DNA from: an uncultured Phycisphaerales bacterium
Lineage (GTDB): Bacteria; Planctomycetota; Phycisphaerae; Tepidisphaerales; Tepidisphaeraceae
Direction: 5' to 3'
Length of the DNA: 64,000 bases
Assembly: GCA_963755915.1 (NCBI GenBank)
Contig: CAVWLP010000002.1
Coordinates: forward strand, 4,672,001 to 4,736,000
Shown in pieces: positions 18,590 to 28,410 of this stretch. Under the pieces are notes generated by a model that ran no database searches, was not told the DNA's origin, and saw nothing but the letters and a program-made list of their open reading frames with translations. Both the position numbers and the translations under genes were made by a program. Each line of letters begins with the position of its first letter. The first letter of the stretch is position 1.

Positions 18590-20924
18590 TGGTTTCACCC
18601 TTTTGGTCGTATCCTTCGATATCGCGGATAATGTCGATCAGCTCGTCGACGGCGGTTTTAACGGCCTCGCATTCGGCGGTGGCCTTGATCAGTGACTCGG
18701 CCTTGGCGGCCGCGTCGGTGATTCTAGGGAAGCCGTAGCCCGCGCCGGCGCCCTTGAGCTGATGTACCAGTCGGCGCAGCTCGTCCATTTCCTGGGTTTC
18801 CAGGAGGGAGACCATGGAAGCGACGCGCGTGGGCAGCCTTGAGACAAAGCCCGCGACGGCGTGCTGCATCGCCGCGCCCGCCGAATCGGCTTTGAGCGGG
18901 CGCAGCTCTTCGATCGTCCGCACCGGGGCCGCGTGGGCGGCGTGCGCGGTCGCGGCAGGATGCGGGTGCTTGCCCGACTGCCGCAAATACCCGTCGATCG
19001 AGCGCAGCAGGACCTCCTTCTCAATCGGCTTGGTGAGATAGTCCGTGCAGCCGGCGTCGAGGCACTTGGCCCGGTCCCCGCTCATGGCGTGAGCCGTCAG
19101 CGCGATGATCGGCAGCTTGTAACCCAGCCGACGAAGTTGCGAGGTCGCTTCGTATCCATCCACTTCGGGCATCTGCATGTCCATGAGCACCAGGTCGAAT
19201 TGCTGCGAAGTAACCTTCTCAATCGCTTCGCGCCCATTGGGAACGACAACGACTTCAGCCCCGGCCATGGTGAGGTGCATGGTGAGCAGGTGCTGATTGT
19301 CGATGCCGTCTTCAGCCAGAAGGATTTTTCCATGCAGGAGGATGTCTTCGGTATTGCTCGCCTGGGTGAAGACCGTGAGCATCGATTCGGTCAGGCCGTG
19401 GCGCATCGGCACGTCGCTCAGCGGGCCGCCGTCGACGAACAGCGTGAACTTGCTTCCCTTTCCGGTCTCCGATTTGACGCAGAGATCGCCCCCCATGAGC
19501 GTGGCCAGACGTTTGCTGATCACCAGCCCCAACCCCGAACCGCCATATTTGCGGGTCATCGACACGTCCGCCTGCACAAACGGCTGGAAGAGCCGGGAGA
19601 TCTGCTCCTGCGTCATGCCGATGCCCGTGTCGGAGACTTCGAGCATGACCCGGCTGGTGTTGCCGCTCCGGGCCACGCTGACGGAGATTTTGATTTCACC
19701 GCGCTCGGTAAACTTTATCGCGTTGCCGGTCAGATTCATGAGAACCTGCTTGAGGCGCAGCGGGTCCGTCCGGATGACTTCGGGTATGTCGCCGATGAAT
19801 TCGACGCGCAGCTCAATCTGCTTTGCCGTGGCGCACACGCGAAGCATTGAGGCGACGTCGACCGCGAGGCGCACCACGTCGCAGGGAATTCTTTCGACCG
19901 TCATCTTCTCCGCTTCGATCTTGCTGATGTCCAGAATGTCGTTGATCAGATCCATCAGGTGCCGCGCGTTTCGCCGCACGACCTGGAGGCAGTTGATGCG
20001 GTCCGACATCGTCTGCACCGGCGAGAGCATGAGATCCGAATAACCCAGGATCGCCGTCATCGGCGTGCGGATCTCATGGCTCATGTTCGCGAGGAATGCA
20101 GTCTTCGCCCGGCTAGCCTCCTCGGCCTTGTCCTTGGCGGCGGAAAGCTCCGCCGTTCGCGCGGCCACGAGCTCTTCAAGGTGATGGCGATGCAGGTTCA
20201 ACTGCGAATCGCGCTGGGCGATCTGTTCCAGCATGCCGTTGAAGCAATCGACCAGAACCCCAAGCTCGTCGTCGGAGGTCTTGGTGGCGCGCACCTGGTA
20301 ATTGCGGTCGACCGTGATTGTCTTGGCCGTGGCGCTGAGGTGCTCGACCGGGCCGATCACGGAGCGCGAAAGCCGCCGCGAAAGCGCGAACGCCAGCCCC
20401 AGGGCGCTCAAAAGCACCACGCTGAACACAGATTCGTACTCGTGGGTCCGAGTGGTGAGCAGATCGAGGTCCGACTGGATGAAAACCCATCCAAGCAGGC
20501 GGCCGTTCAGTTCAACCGGGCTGGAGACAATCAGCGAGTCGGCGGTGAAGCGATATTCGCCGATTCCCATGGGGGTGAAATCCGGAAGGGCGGCCGAGTG
20601 GTCCCGGAAATAGCTGGCCAGCTTCTGCTGGCTGTTGTCGTAAATCGCGGCGGTCACGACGTGCGGCTCGGCGCGCAGCGACGCCAGAAGCCGCGCCGCG
20701 TCGTTTGGGTCGGCAAACGACAGGTCGGCGTTGGAATTTTCGGCGATGATGTTCGCATAAGTCTGCGTGTCGATGATCAGCCCGCGGCGAATCTCGTGGT
20801 AGTCATACACCGCCAGCACCGCCACCGCGACGAGCAACGCCGCACCCGCGGAAGTGAGGCTCATCACCAGCAGCTTGGCCTTGAGCGTTTTGGGGGCGAA
20901 GTTGAAACGACTGGAATTTTTCAT
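18561..20924 (-). CDS. Membrane hybrid sensor kinase (YfiN-like periplasmic sensor domain, HAMP, HisKA, HATPase, REC, Hpt)
   Basis: Two TMs flank a YfiN-type domain (L.F.D...A..LL.SL); FLANMSHEIRTP; NAIKFT; MDMQMP; VHQLKGAGAGYG. Confidence 0.93.
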   Translation of the reverse strand: MKNSSRFNFAPKTLKAKLLVMSLTSAGAALLVAVAVLAVYDYHEIRRGLIIDTQTYANIIAENSNADLSFADPNDAARLLASLRAEPHVVTAAIYDNSQQKLASYFRDHSAALPDFTPMGIGEYRFTADSLIVSSPVELNGRLLGWVFIQSDLDLLTTRTHEYESVFSVVLLSALGLAFALSRRLSRSVIGPVEHLSATAKTITVDRNYQVRATKTSDDELGVLVDCFNGMLEQIAQRDSQLNLHRHHLEELVAARTAELSAAKDKAEEASRAKTAFLANMSHEIRTPMTAILGYSDLMLSPVQTMSDRINCLQVVRRNARHLMDLINDILDISKIEAEKMTVERIPCDVVRLAVDVASMLRVCATAKQIELRVEFIGDIPEVIRTDPLRLKQVLMNLTGNAIKFTERGEIKISVSVARSGNTSRVMLEVSDTGIGMTQEQISRLFQPFVQADVSMTRKYGGSGLGLVISKRLATLMGGDLCVKSETGKGSKFTLFVDGGPLSDVPMRHGLTESMLTVFTQASNTEDILLHGKILLAEDGIDNQHLLTMHLTMAGAEVVVVPNGREAIEKVTSQQFDLVLMDMQMPEVDGYEATSQLRRLGYKLPIIALTAHAMSGDRAKCLDAGCTDYLTKPIEKEVLLRSIDGYLRQSGKHPHPAATAHAAHAAPVRTIEELRPLKADSAGAAMQHAVAGFVSRLPTRVASMVSLLETQEMDELRRLVHQLKGAGAGYGFPRITDAAAKAESLIKATAECEAVKTAVDELIDIIRDIEGYDQKGETNAKPKTAHH

Positions 20925-21514
20925 TTTTTATAAATCCTCGCGAGCTTCATGAGTTTTGCACTCACCTTGAGACCGGCGGCCGCGACCGCGTCGGGGCTGA
21001 CCTCAAAACGCATGCGATCATCCTCCAGAAAAAATCGCATGCACCCGCCGGCAGGATCAAACGCATCTGTTTCCCCCACCGTCAGGATCGGCCGGTTGCC
21101 GAGATTGTCGAAAAGACTCTTCAGCGAAGGGTCCAGCGCCGCCGGAACGAAAAGAAGCTGGCATTGTCCGACGTCGCCCACCGTGTTGTAGTGAACGACC
21201 TGCACGTTTCGGTCGGCCGCGGTTTTTCCGGCCATGGCCGATTCGAGCGCGCCGTTAAACGGGTCTGGCCCCACTGTGGCCACGACAAACGCCGCGTCCC
21301 GCGACGGGAACGCCGAGTCGGGCCACTCAACGAATTGCGTGAAGTTGTACACAAATGCCGCCTTGATCAAATACTCCCGCGTCGGTCCATCGGCGCGGCA
21401 CGGAATCGCTGCGACAAGCAGCGCAGCGATCGCCGCCAATCTCCAGCTTCTGAATGTCCGCCCTTTACCCAGGCCGATCATAAATCCCGCAATTCGTGAA
21501 AGAGTTCCCAACAC
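20921..21514 (-). CDS. yfiR: YfiR-family periplasmic protein (DUF4154)
   Basis: EYLIKAAFVYNFTQFVEWP, G.DPF, CQLLFV, ILTVGE, GLKVSAKLMKLA. Confidence 0.9.
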   Translation of the reverse strand: MLGTLSRIAGFMIGLGKGRTFRSWRLAAIAALLVAAIPCRADGPTREYLIKAAFVYNFTQFVEWPDSAFPSRDAAFVVATVGPDPFNGALESAMAGKTAADRNVQVVHYNTVGDVGQCQLLFVPAALDPSLKSLFDNLGNRPILTVGETDAFDPAGGCMRFFLEDDRMRFEVSPDAVAAAGLKVSAKLMKLARIYKK

Positions 21515-21530
21515 ATCCCGAGCCGCGGGG

Positions 21531-23579
21531 CTAGTAGGTCATGGTCCACTCCGCATAAAAAGTGCGAGGCACTTCGCTGGGAATAGTAACTGAGTTGACG
21601 TCCCCGGATTCGTAATGACGGCCCTGGAGAAGGTTTTGGACGCCAACGGCGAGAGTCATATTGGGGTTGATCAGCCAGCGAATATTCGCGTCGAGGCGGA
21701 CATAGGCATTGACGCTCTGGTAAATGCCCTCGTCGTTAAGCGCGTCTATGAAGGCCAGCGCGTCGACGTAATAGAGCGAAGTGTTGAACTGAATATTTTT
21801 TGTCAGGTCGAGATAGGAGTGGATCTGGAACTGGTTCCGGGGAGCGCTTTTTTCGATGAACTCGGTTTCGTAGCCGGGTTGAAAGAGGTCCAGGGCATCG
21901 CGGATGATCGGGTGTCCTTCGATGCGAAGATAAGAATAGCTCGCGCCCAGCCGCCAGGCGGGATTAACCTGCCAGTTCAAGGAAAGCTCGCCCCCGTAGC
22001 TGTAAGCGTTGACCCCGTTGCCGTAATCGACTTCGGTAAAATTAGTGGGGTTGGGAATTGGAACAATCAGTCCGGAATAAATATTGTAAAAGCCGGAGAC
22101 CGAAGCCGTAAAAGGCTTGACCGGTTGGACTTTATAGCCAACTTCGAAAGCGTCGGTTTTTTCGGAATCCGGGTGCTGTGTACCGATTTGAACATCATCT
22201 CCAATTGGAAATTGGATCTCCTGGTCCACGGAAGGGATGCGCACCGCGCGGGAGTAGGCCGCCCACAGTGAATTCCGATCGTCGGGTGTCCACAGCAGGC
22301 GGGTGCTCGGCTGTGGCTCCAGGGTGGTGAGATTGTTGTATTCCAGCTTCGTCCCGAGGAACCACTGGAGGTGGTTGGGCACAATCGAAACCTGGTCCTG
22401 AACGAATCCATTGATGTCATATTCGTTGGTGTAGGTTGGATAGACTGGCGCGCCGGTAGGACTGACAATTCGAATGAAATAATCGCGCCCGGCCAAACCC
22501 CAGGTTACGTCCTGCATTTCCCCAATCGGAAATCGGTTCTGGAACTCCACGTCGAACGTGTCCTGCTGGTATCCGATTGGATAATCGACCAGAACCTGCC
22601 GGTCATAATAGGCGATGATCGAGGTGTCGGCGCGATCTGACTCCACGTGCGACCATTTTCCAAGCAGATTCCCGCCGTTATTGTAGAAATTGGTGTCCAG
22701 AGGAGTCGCTGCTCCCGTGTTGCTCGCAGTTTGCTCGAGCTGCTGGAAGAAAATGTCACTGGAAAGAGTGAGGGTATCTTCCGGCGAGGCGTATCGATCC
22801 AAACGGAAGCCGCCTTGCACGCCGCGCCACTCATCATGGGCCGGATCGCCATTGGGCTGATAGCCATTTCCGCCGTACTGAACCTGAGAGTAAACCCGGT
22901 AATACGTGTTGTCGTCGATTTGGCCGCCGTAACGGAAGTCGCCGTAGTCCTGCTGGGTTCCGCCGCGCGTATCGACGAGAAGACCCTGGGTATCCTTCGC
23001 CGATTTCGTGATGACGTTGACAACTCCATTGACGGCGTTCGCGCCCCACAGCGTCGAGCCCGGGCCGTTGATCACTTCGATCCGGTCCAGGTCCATAAGG
23101 GGATAATTGACCGAGTTCCACGTCACGCCCCCAAACGCCGGCGTGTATAGCGAGCGCCCGTCCATCAGCACCAGCAGGTTGTCGGCAATATAGGCGTTCT
23201 GCCCGCGCGAGCTGATCGCCCACTGATCGGAGCTAATCTGGGCAACATCCATCCCCGGCGCAAGCCGCAGCAATTCCGGAATGCTTCCCAGGCCCGAGCG
23301 CTGGATGTCATCCTGCCCGATCACGGAAACCGCCGAAGGCGCGTTGGAGATTTTCTGCGGCTCCTTGGCGACGCTGGTGACCTGAACATTCATCAGGTCT
23401 TCGAGGCTAAGGCCCGTCAGATCTTCACTGCCGCCGCTGGGTTGCGTGGAGGTTATGGGCCGGGTCGTGGCGCTGGGCTGCGTAACCGGCGCCGCAAGCG
23501 CGTGCCCCCAGAGCGCAGACAAGACCACAAATGAAGATCGACGTGAAATCTGCGGCCCTCCGATTCCCTGACCGAGCAA
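21531..23579 (-). CDS. TonB-dependent receptor
   Basis: LSLEDLMNVQVTSVAK, plug motif RIEVINGPGSTLWGANAVNGVVNVITK, C-terminal NLL..H.E...PRTFYAEWTMTY. Confidence 0.93.
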   Translation of the reverse strand: MLGQGIGGPQISRRSSFVVLSALWGHALAAPVTQPSATTRPITSTQPSGGSEDLTGLSLEDLMNVQVTSVAKEPQKISNAPSAVSVIGQDDIQRSGLGSIPELLRLAPGMDVAQISSDQWAISSRGQNAYIADNLLVLMDGRSLYTPAFGGVTWNSVNYPLMDLDRIEVINGPGSTLWGANAVNGVVNVITKSAKDTQGLLVDTRGGTQQDYGDFRYGGQIDDNTYYRVYSQVQYGGNGYQPNGDPAHDEWRGVQGGFRLDRYASPEDTLTLSSDIFFQQLEQTASNTGAATPLDTNFYNNGGNLLGKWSHVESDRADTSIIAYYDRQVLVDYPIGYQQDTFDVEFQNRFPIGEMQDVTWGLAGRDYFIRIVSPTGAPVYPTYTNEYDINGFVQDQVSIVPNHLQWFLGTKLEYNNLTTLEPQPSTRLLWTPDDRNSLWAAYSRAVRIPSVDQEIQFPIGDDVQIGTQHPDSEKTDAFEVGYKVQPVKPFTASVSGFYNIYSGLIVPIPNPTNFTEVDYGNGVNAYSYGGELSLNWQVNPAWRLGASYSYLRIEGHPIIRDALDLFQPGYETEFIEKSAPRNQFQIHSYLDLTKNIQFNTSLYYVDALAFIDALNDEGIYQSVNAYVRLDANIRWLINPNMTLAVGVQNLLQGRHYESGDVNSVTIPSEVPRTFYAEWTMTY

Positions 23580-23631
23580 TCATCTAAGTACCTCTTTCGC
23601 CAGTTCTTGCGAGGGCGATCGGCTGGCATAT

Positions 23632-23659
23632 CAATCGGTGCAAATGGGAGGTTTATTTA
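23632..23659 (-). promoter_or_regulatory. Possible sigma-28(FliA)-like promoter of the signalling operon
   Basis: Minus strand TAAA-N16-ACCGATTG versus consensus TAAA-N15-GCCGATAA. Confidence 0.3.
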
Positions 23660-23788
23660 GGTTGTGCGGCGTGGGTGAGATGAATTGATTATAAGGACTG
23701 CGGCCGTAACTTCGGCCCCGAGAGCAATCTGATGCGGAAACTGTTATCGGACCTGCCGGCCAATTCCCGGCCTGATCTCAGGATGAGT

Positions 23789-25031
23789 TTATTCGGACCG
23801 CGTCATCGCAGGCTCGGCAAGCTTCGCTGGCGCGCCGTTATCGGACGCTGGCCGGGACGTGAAGTACCGCTTGATCTTCAGGAATTGCGCCTCGTAAAGA
23901 TGGTAGCTGGCAATCGAAATCGCCAGCGCGCACCCGCCCCCAAAGATTTCGTAGGCGAATGTTTGCGGTAGGCTCATCTGGCCGCCCTGGAGTGGATAAA
24001 CCCGCCCGAAGATGCGCAGATATTGTGGCATTAATAGATAGTGATAGACGTACAGCCCATAACTGTATTTTCCCAGCATCATCAGCCAGCGCGATTCCAT
24101 CGCCCAGGTGAATACGTTGGCGGTGGGCTTGGCCAGGCTCCAGACGATCACACTCGCGAAAAGTGGTCCCGTCAGGGTGTACGCTATGAGCTGCACAACC
24201 GGCTCGCCACTGTCCAGACCGCCGCGCACCCCAAAGAGAATCGTCAAACCTGCGACGCAAAACCCAACAACCCACGGAGCCCAGCCCCGGACGCGATCGA
24301 GCGCTCGCTGATCGCGCGACAGCACCGCCACCAGCGCGCCATAGCACAGCGTATCCATCCGAAACGGCGTCATGCCGAAAACCACCGCCCAATCGGAGTG
24401 AAATCCCAGGATCGCGATCGCGCGCAACCGGCGCAATCGCGATCAGGGCAATGCAAATTCGCCGCAGCGACCGCTCATCAAGCAGATAAACGATGGTCGG
24501 CCAGATAAGATAAAACTGCTCCTCAACGGCCAGAGACCAGAAATGGTTCACGCGAACCGCATCTCCCGGCCAAAGCTTCCCCGTCCAAGCCATCCGGAAA
24601 TTGCTCAAATAAGTCCAGAACCAGATCTGCTGCGCACGCAACTCGGGCGACGGCCGGTCCGGCCGGATCATCGGCATCGCCACGAAAATCGCCAGCAAAA
24701 CCCCGTAATAAAGCGGAAAAATCCGCACCGTGCGCCGCCCATAAAAGTTGACGAAAAACCCGGGCTTGCCACGGGCCCACAGAAGGATGCGGGTGATAAG
24801 AAATCCCGAGAGTACAAAGAAAAGATCGACCCCCATCCACAGCGGTGAGATCGTAACATGCCAGGCGTGCTGAACCGCGGTCTGATGAGCGCACATCTCC
24901 CCAAAATGAAGCACCATGATGGCGAGGATCGCAACCCCGCGCAGCCCGTCGAGCGCCGGCACATGCGGCCGCGAAAGGGGAGACATCGCACCCCCACCGC
25001 TCCTCAAACTGCCAACATCGTCGCTGCTCAC
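23789..25031 (-). CDS. Acyltransferase-3 family (OafA-like) membrane O-acyltransferase; frameshift near 24425
   Basis: LDGLRGVAI, GVDLFFVLSGFLIT, RR..RIFPLYY, HFWSLAVEEQFY; the second ORF has LGKYSYGLYVYH and SYHLYE. Confidence 0.9.
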
Positions 25032-25072
25032 TGCAAATCCATTTCGGCTTTATGGCGCCTGGCGATCAAAAA

Positions 25073-25594
25073 CTAATCAAATTTCCAGTCCGGTTCATCC
25101 GCAGAATTGAAATAGACCGCCGGGACGGGCACGTTGAGCAGCCGCAGATATAAGCAAAGCTGCGCGCGATGGTGAATCATGTGATTCATGCACCAGACGC
25201 GATAGATCATCGCTTTGGGCTTGCTCGCCATCACGTGCGATCCGTTGCGGATGGTCCAGACGTCGCCGATGCGGCCAGCGTCGAATTTTTTAACCGCCGC
25301 ACGAAGCTCATTGGCACATTTGTCGAACTCCGCGAGAAGATCCTTTTTATCCGTCGGCTCGACGCGCGGTGCGGCGCTGGCCATGTCGAGGCCATCTTGA
25401 GCAATGGTCGATTTCGCCCAATCCGGCATCGTGGCAACGTGCATCGCCAGCCGGCCCAGGTTCATCGATTTTTCGTGCGGCTTCCAACCGAACTTCTCTT
25501 CCGGCAGTCGCTCCAAAACCGTTCGTGTAACCGCCAGCTCCCGCTCCAGATCGCCGAAAATCAGCTCATGGGCAGACAGGGTTTGAGTTGCCAT
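25073..25594 (-). CDS. DinB family protein
   Basis: WKPHEKSM.LG.LA.H and NHMIHHRAQL..YLRL. Confidence 0.9.
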   Translation of the reverse strand: MATQTLSAHELIFGDLERELAVTRTVLERLPEEKFGWKPHEKSMNLGRLAMHVATMPDWAKSTIAQDGLDMASAAPRVEPTDKKDLLAEFDKCANELRAAVKKFDAGRIGDVWTIRNGSHVMASKPKAMIYRVWCMNHMIHHRAQLCLYLRLLNVPVPAVYFNSADEPDWKFD

Positions 25595-25761
25595 AAATTT
25601 CTCCTTCGTTTCCGGCAAGTCTATCGTAGGGAACCCGTGACTTGAAGCAATTCGAGCGGCAATCGCTCCTACCGAACTGCCCGAACCGACATCCCCGTTC
25701 TTGTGCTAATTTCGTCCGATCGGTCACACGATCAAAAACCCCAACGATTGCAGAGCCGAAT

Positions 25762-26007
25762 TCACAGCATGTGGACTCCCACCCAAATCAGCGCCGCACT
25801 AACCAATAGAATGCCAAATGCCGGCAGTACGCTCATCGGATCGGTAGCCAGCGCTTTCAACACCCTGTAAAGCAGGAAAATCCTCCCGATAGACGGCATG
25901 CTGATTGGCGACCCACCCTCTTCCGACGCCGCGGTAACCAGCCAAAGGAAGCCGGCAATCGCCCCAACGACTCCCAGGATAATCGGAATAGGCGCAATGT
26001 AATGCAT
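25762..26007 (-). CDS. Small hypothetical membrane protein
   Basis: 81 aa with hydrophobic helices; TATAAT immediately upstream. Confidence 0.55.
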   Translation of the reverse strand: MHYIAPIPIILGVVGAIAGFLWLVTAASEEGGSPISMPSIGRIFLLYRVLKALATDPMSVLPAFGILLVSAALIWVGVHML

Positions 26008-26091
26008 CTATTATAGAACCCCCGAAAAAAGCCGAATTCGTCAGGCTCTCAATGTCCCGCCCACCTCTTCGGATTTGACTTCGTCTAAAAC

Positions 26092-26162
26092 TGGAGCCAT
26101 GGGGATTTGAACCCCAAATTCCACCATGCCATGGTGGCGTGATCCCATTTCACTATGGCCCC
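26092..26162 (-). tRNA. tRNA-Ala(GGC)
   Basis: GGGGCCA-TA-GTGA-AATGGGA-TCAC-G-CCACC-ATGGCAT-GGTGG-AATT-TGGGG-TTCAAAT-CCCCA-TGGCTCC-A; G3:U70 identity pair and A32-U38; CCA not encoded. Confidence 0.95.
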
Positions 26163-26406
26163 GAAACTCTGAATCACTGTACCGGCATGGAAAACTGAGT
26201 CAAGATGCCGCGCTGACTCGCGCTCAGCAGTTGCCTGCCTTGGGATTTTCTGGTCCCGCCACAATGCCAACGGGTCCGCAAATCGAATCTCCCTCTTCGA
26301 TCCCGCCAATCGCCTTCGCCTTCCAGTCGGTCAACTCATGGGACGCTCGTAGTCGACACCCCGGACTTGACTCTAAACGCCTTCGCGATTCCGATATTTG
26401 CCCAAT

Positions 26407-27100
26407 ATGAAATGCCTCGCGTTCGATATTGAGATTTCGAACGTCTTCACGCTTAACAGCGGCGAGGACCTCGAAAAATATGCACCGTTCGATATTTCCG
26501 TCGCGGCAACCCAAATCGCGGATGGCGAGCACCGAATCTGGCATTCAAAAGATTCCGACGGAAAACCCGCGACCAACCTGGGCCGCGACGACGCGCAGGC
26601 GCTGCTCGACTACCTCGATCAAACCGAGCAGGCCGGTCATATGCTGGTGGCATGGAACGAGCTCAGTTTCGACCTCAAATGGATCGGTCACGTCGCCGGC
26701 GACACCCCGAAGGCGGCAAGAATCGCCCGCCGCATGTGCGATCCAATGTTTCAGTTTTTTATGACCAAGGGTTTTCCAGTTTCACTGGAATCGGTCGCGC
26801 GCGGTATGGGGCTGACGTGCCGAAAACTCATGGACAGCGCCGACGCGCCCGTCCAATGGCGCCGGCAACCATCAGGCAGTGTGCGACTATGTGCTGGGCG
26901 ATACCCGCATGACCGTCGAAATCGTGTTGGCGATCGCCCGCCAGCGGAGGATCGCCTGGTTCACCCAAAAGGGAACGCGCTCATCGATTCCAATTCCGCG
27001 GCTCAGAACCGTGGAGCAATGCTTGGGCGATCCCATGCCCGACCAGTCGTGGATGAGCCAGCCAATCCCAAAACATAAATTCGTCGGATGGCTGCGATAG
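26407..27100 (+). CDS. RNase-H-like DEDD 3'-5' exonuclease domain protein (YprB-like); frameshift near 26862
   Basis: ExoI AFDIE, ExoII WN..SFD, SLESVA, and ExoIII-like DYVLGD in ORF 26879-27100. Confidence 0.7.
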
Positions 27101-27126
27101 AATCGTTGCCCTTCTCCATTCGACGA

Positions 27127-28161
27127 TCATCGGCCAGCCACCCTCACCCCCGCCGCACGCAACCTCCTCGGCGCCAGCCGGACCAACCCAACGCTCACCA
27201 CCATCAAAATCCCCGCCGCCCCCGATGGCTCCGGCACCGGCACCGCGATGAAAGCCGCCTCAATGTTGCCCGTATTAAACAACTCCCCCAGCGATGTGCC
27301 GGACGAATTCACCTCGAAAATCCCGCCTTTGTTGTTGCTGTCCTCGGCGATGTAGTAAAGGTTGTTTTGACCGTCCACCGCGATGCCCTGCAGCGAGGTC
27401 AGGTCCGTCACCACCGGCGATGCCGACGAGCTGCTGATGTTAATCTTCTCAATATTCCCGTTCCCGTCGGAGACGTAAAGATCGCCCAAGCTGTCAATGG
27501 CGATGTCGATCGGGCCGCTGACGCCGCTGGTAAAGGTCTTCAGCGGCGTGCTTCCGCCGGTGGAGGGATATTCCAGGATATCGCTGTTATAAACGTCGGC
27601 GATGAAGACGTTGCCGGTGATTGGATCTACGGCAATCGTATTGGTCACGCGGAAGCTGGTGTTGGCGTCGGTATCGGAAAAAGCCGCCGGCGTGCCGGCG
27701 CCGCCCGCGTACTTGAAGGACTTGATGTCGGAGGAATTGCTCGTGTCGGCATCTGTCGTCATGTACAGGTTTCCCGCGGAGTCGAAGGCGGTGCCATAAT
27801 AAAAATCCGCCGTGCCTGTCGTGGAAAGCGATGTTTCGCTTACGGTGCTCAGCATTGAGCCGGGCGTGCTCAGGAGATATTCGGTCACCCCGCGGTCGAC
27901 GTCGTTGACGTAAACGTTGCCGGCCGAATCGAGCGCCAGCGTATCAAGATCCCCGCCCGTCGAGCGGCTGCTGACCAGAGTCCCCGTGATCGTGTAGTCA
28001 TAAATCGACGAGCCGCCGCTCGTCGTGAGATAGATGTCGGCGTCAGACCTCGCACCCAGTGCCAGTGAAATCGCCCCGATGAGCAACGCGAGCAGGACCT
28101 CGCGCGAAAAATTCCAGCGGCGGAACAGGCGATCTCGCCGAATCCGGGTGGGACAGTTCAT
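27127..28161 (-). CDS. PEP-CTERM-sorted secreted beta-propeller (NHL-like repeats) protein
   Basis: Signal peptide; repeats LALDSAGNVYV, AFDSAGNLYM, IAIDSLGDLYV; C-terminal VPEPS plus TM plus Arg-rich tail. Confidence 0.88.
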   Translation of the reverse strand: MNCPTRIRRDRLFRRWNFSREVLLALLIGAISLALGARSDADIYLTTSGGSSIYDYTITGTLVSSRSTGGDLDTLALDSAGNVYVNDVDRGVTEYLLSTPGSMLSTVSETSLSTTGTADFYYGTAFDSAGNLYMTTDADTSNSSDIKSFKYAGGAGTPAAFSDTDANTSFRVTNTIAVDPITGNVFIADVYNSDILEYPSTGGSTPLKTFTSGVSGPIDIAIDSLGDLYVSDGNGNIEKINISSSSASPVVTDLTSLQGIAVDGQNNLYYIAEDSNNKGGIFEVNSSGTSLGELFNTGNIEAAFIAVPVPEPSGAAGILMVVSVGLVRLAPRRLRAAGVRVAGR

Positions 28162-28410
28162 ATCCTCTCCTTCGCACCGAATCTTCCCCCTGAGCTAACC
28201 CATCGCGGTTAACTTAGCGATCACTCAGTTCGATTTTCAATTCAATTCTTAAGGTTATTTACACAATTTTGCTTCGCAGTTTGCGACTGATTGATCGACG
28301 AATGCGACGGATTTCGGACGCTTGTGGTACCGGCAACTGAACGAAGATTTCACCATGCCGGGGATCGCCGATTGGACGAGTTGGTTTGCCTTGTGTATCT
28401 CGATCATCTC

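Noticed and set aside
28181-28230. Riboswitch upstream of the PEP-CTERM gene
   Set aside because: Only one imperfect hairpin, with no known aptamer consensus.
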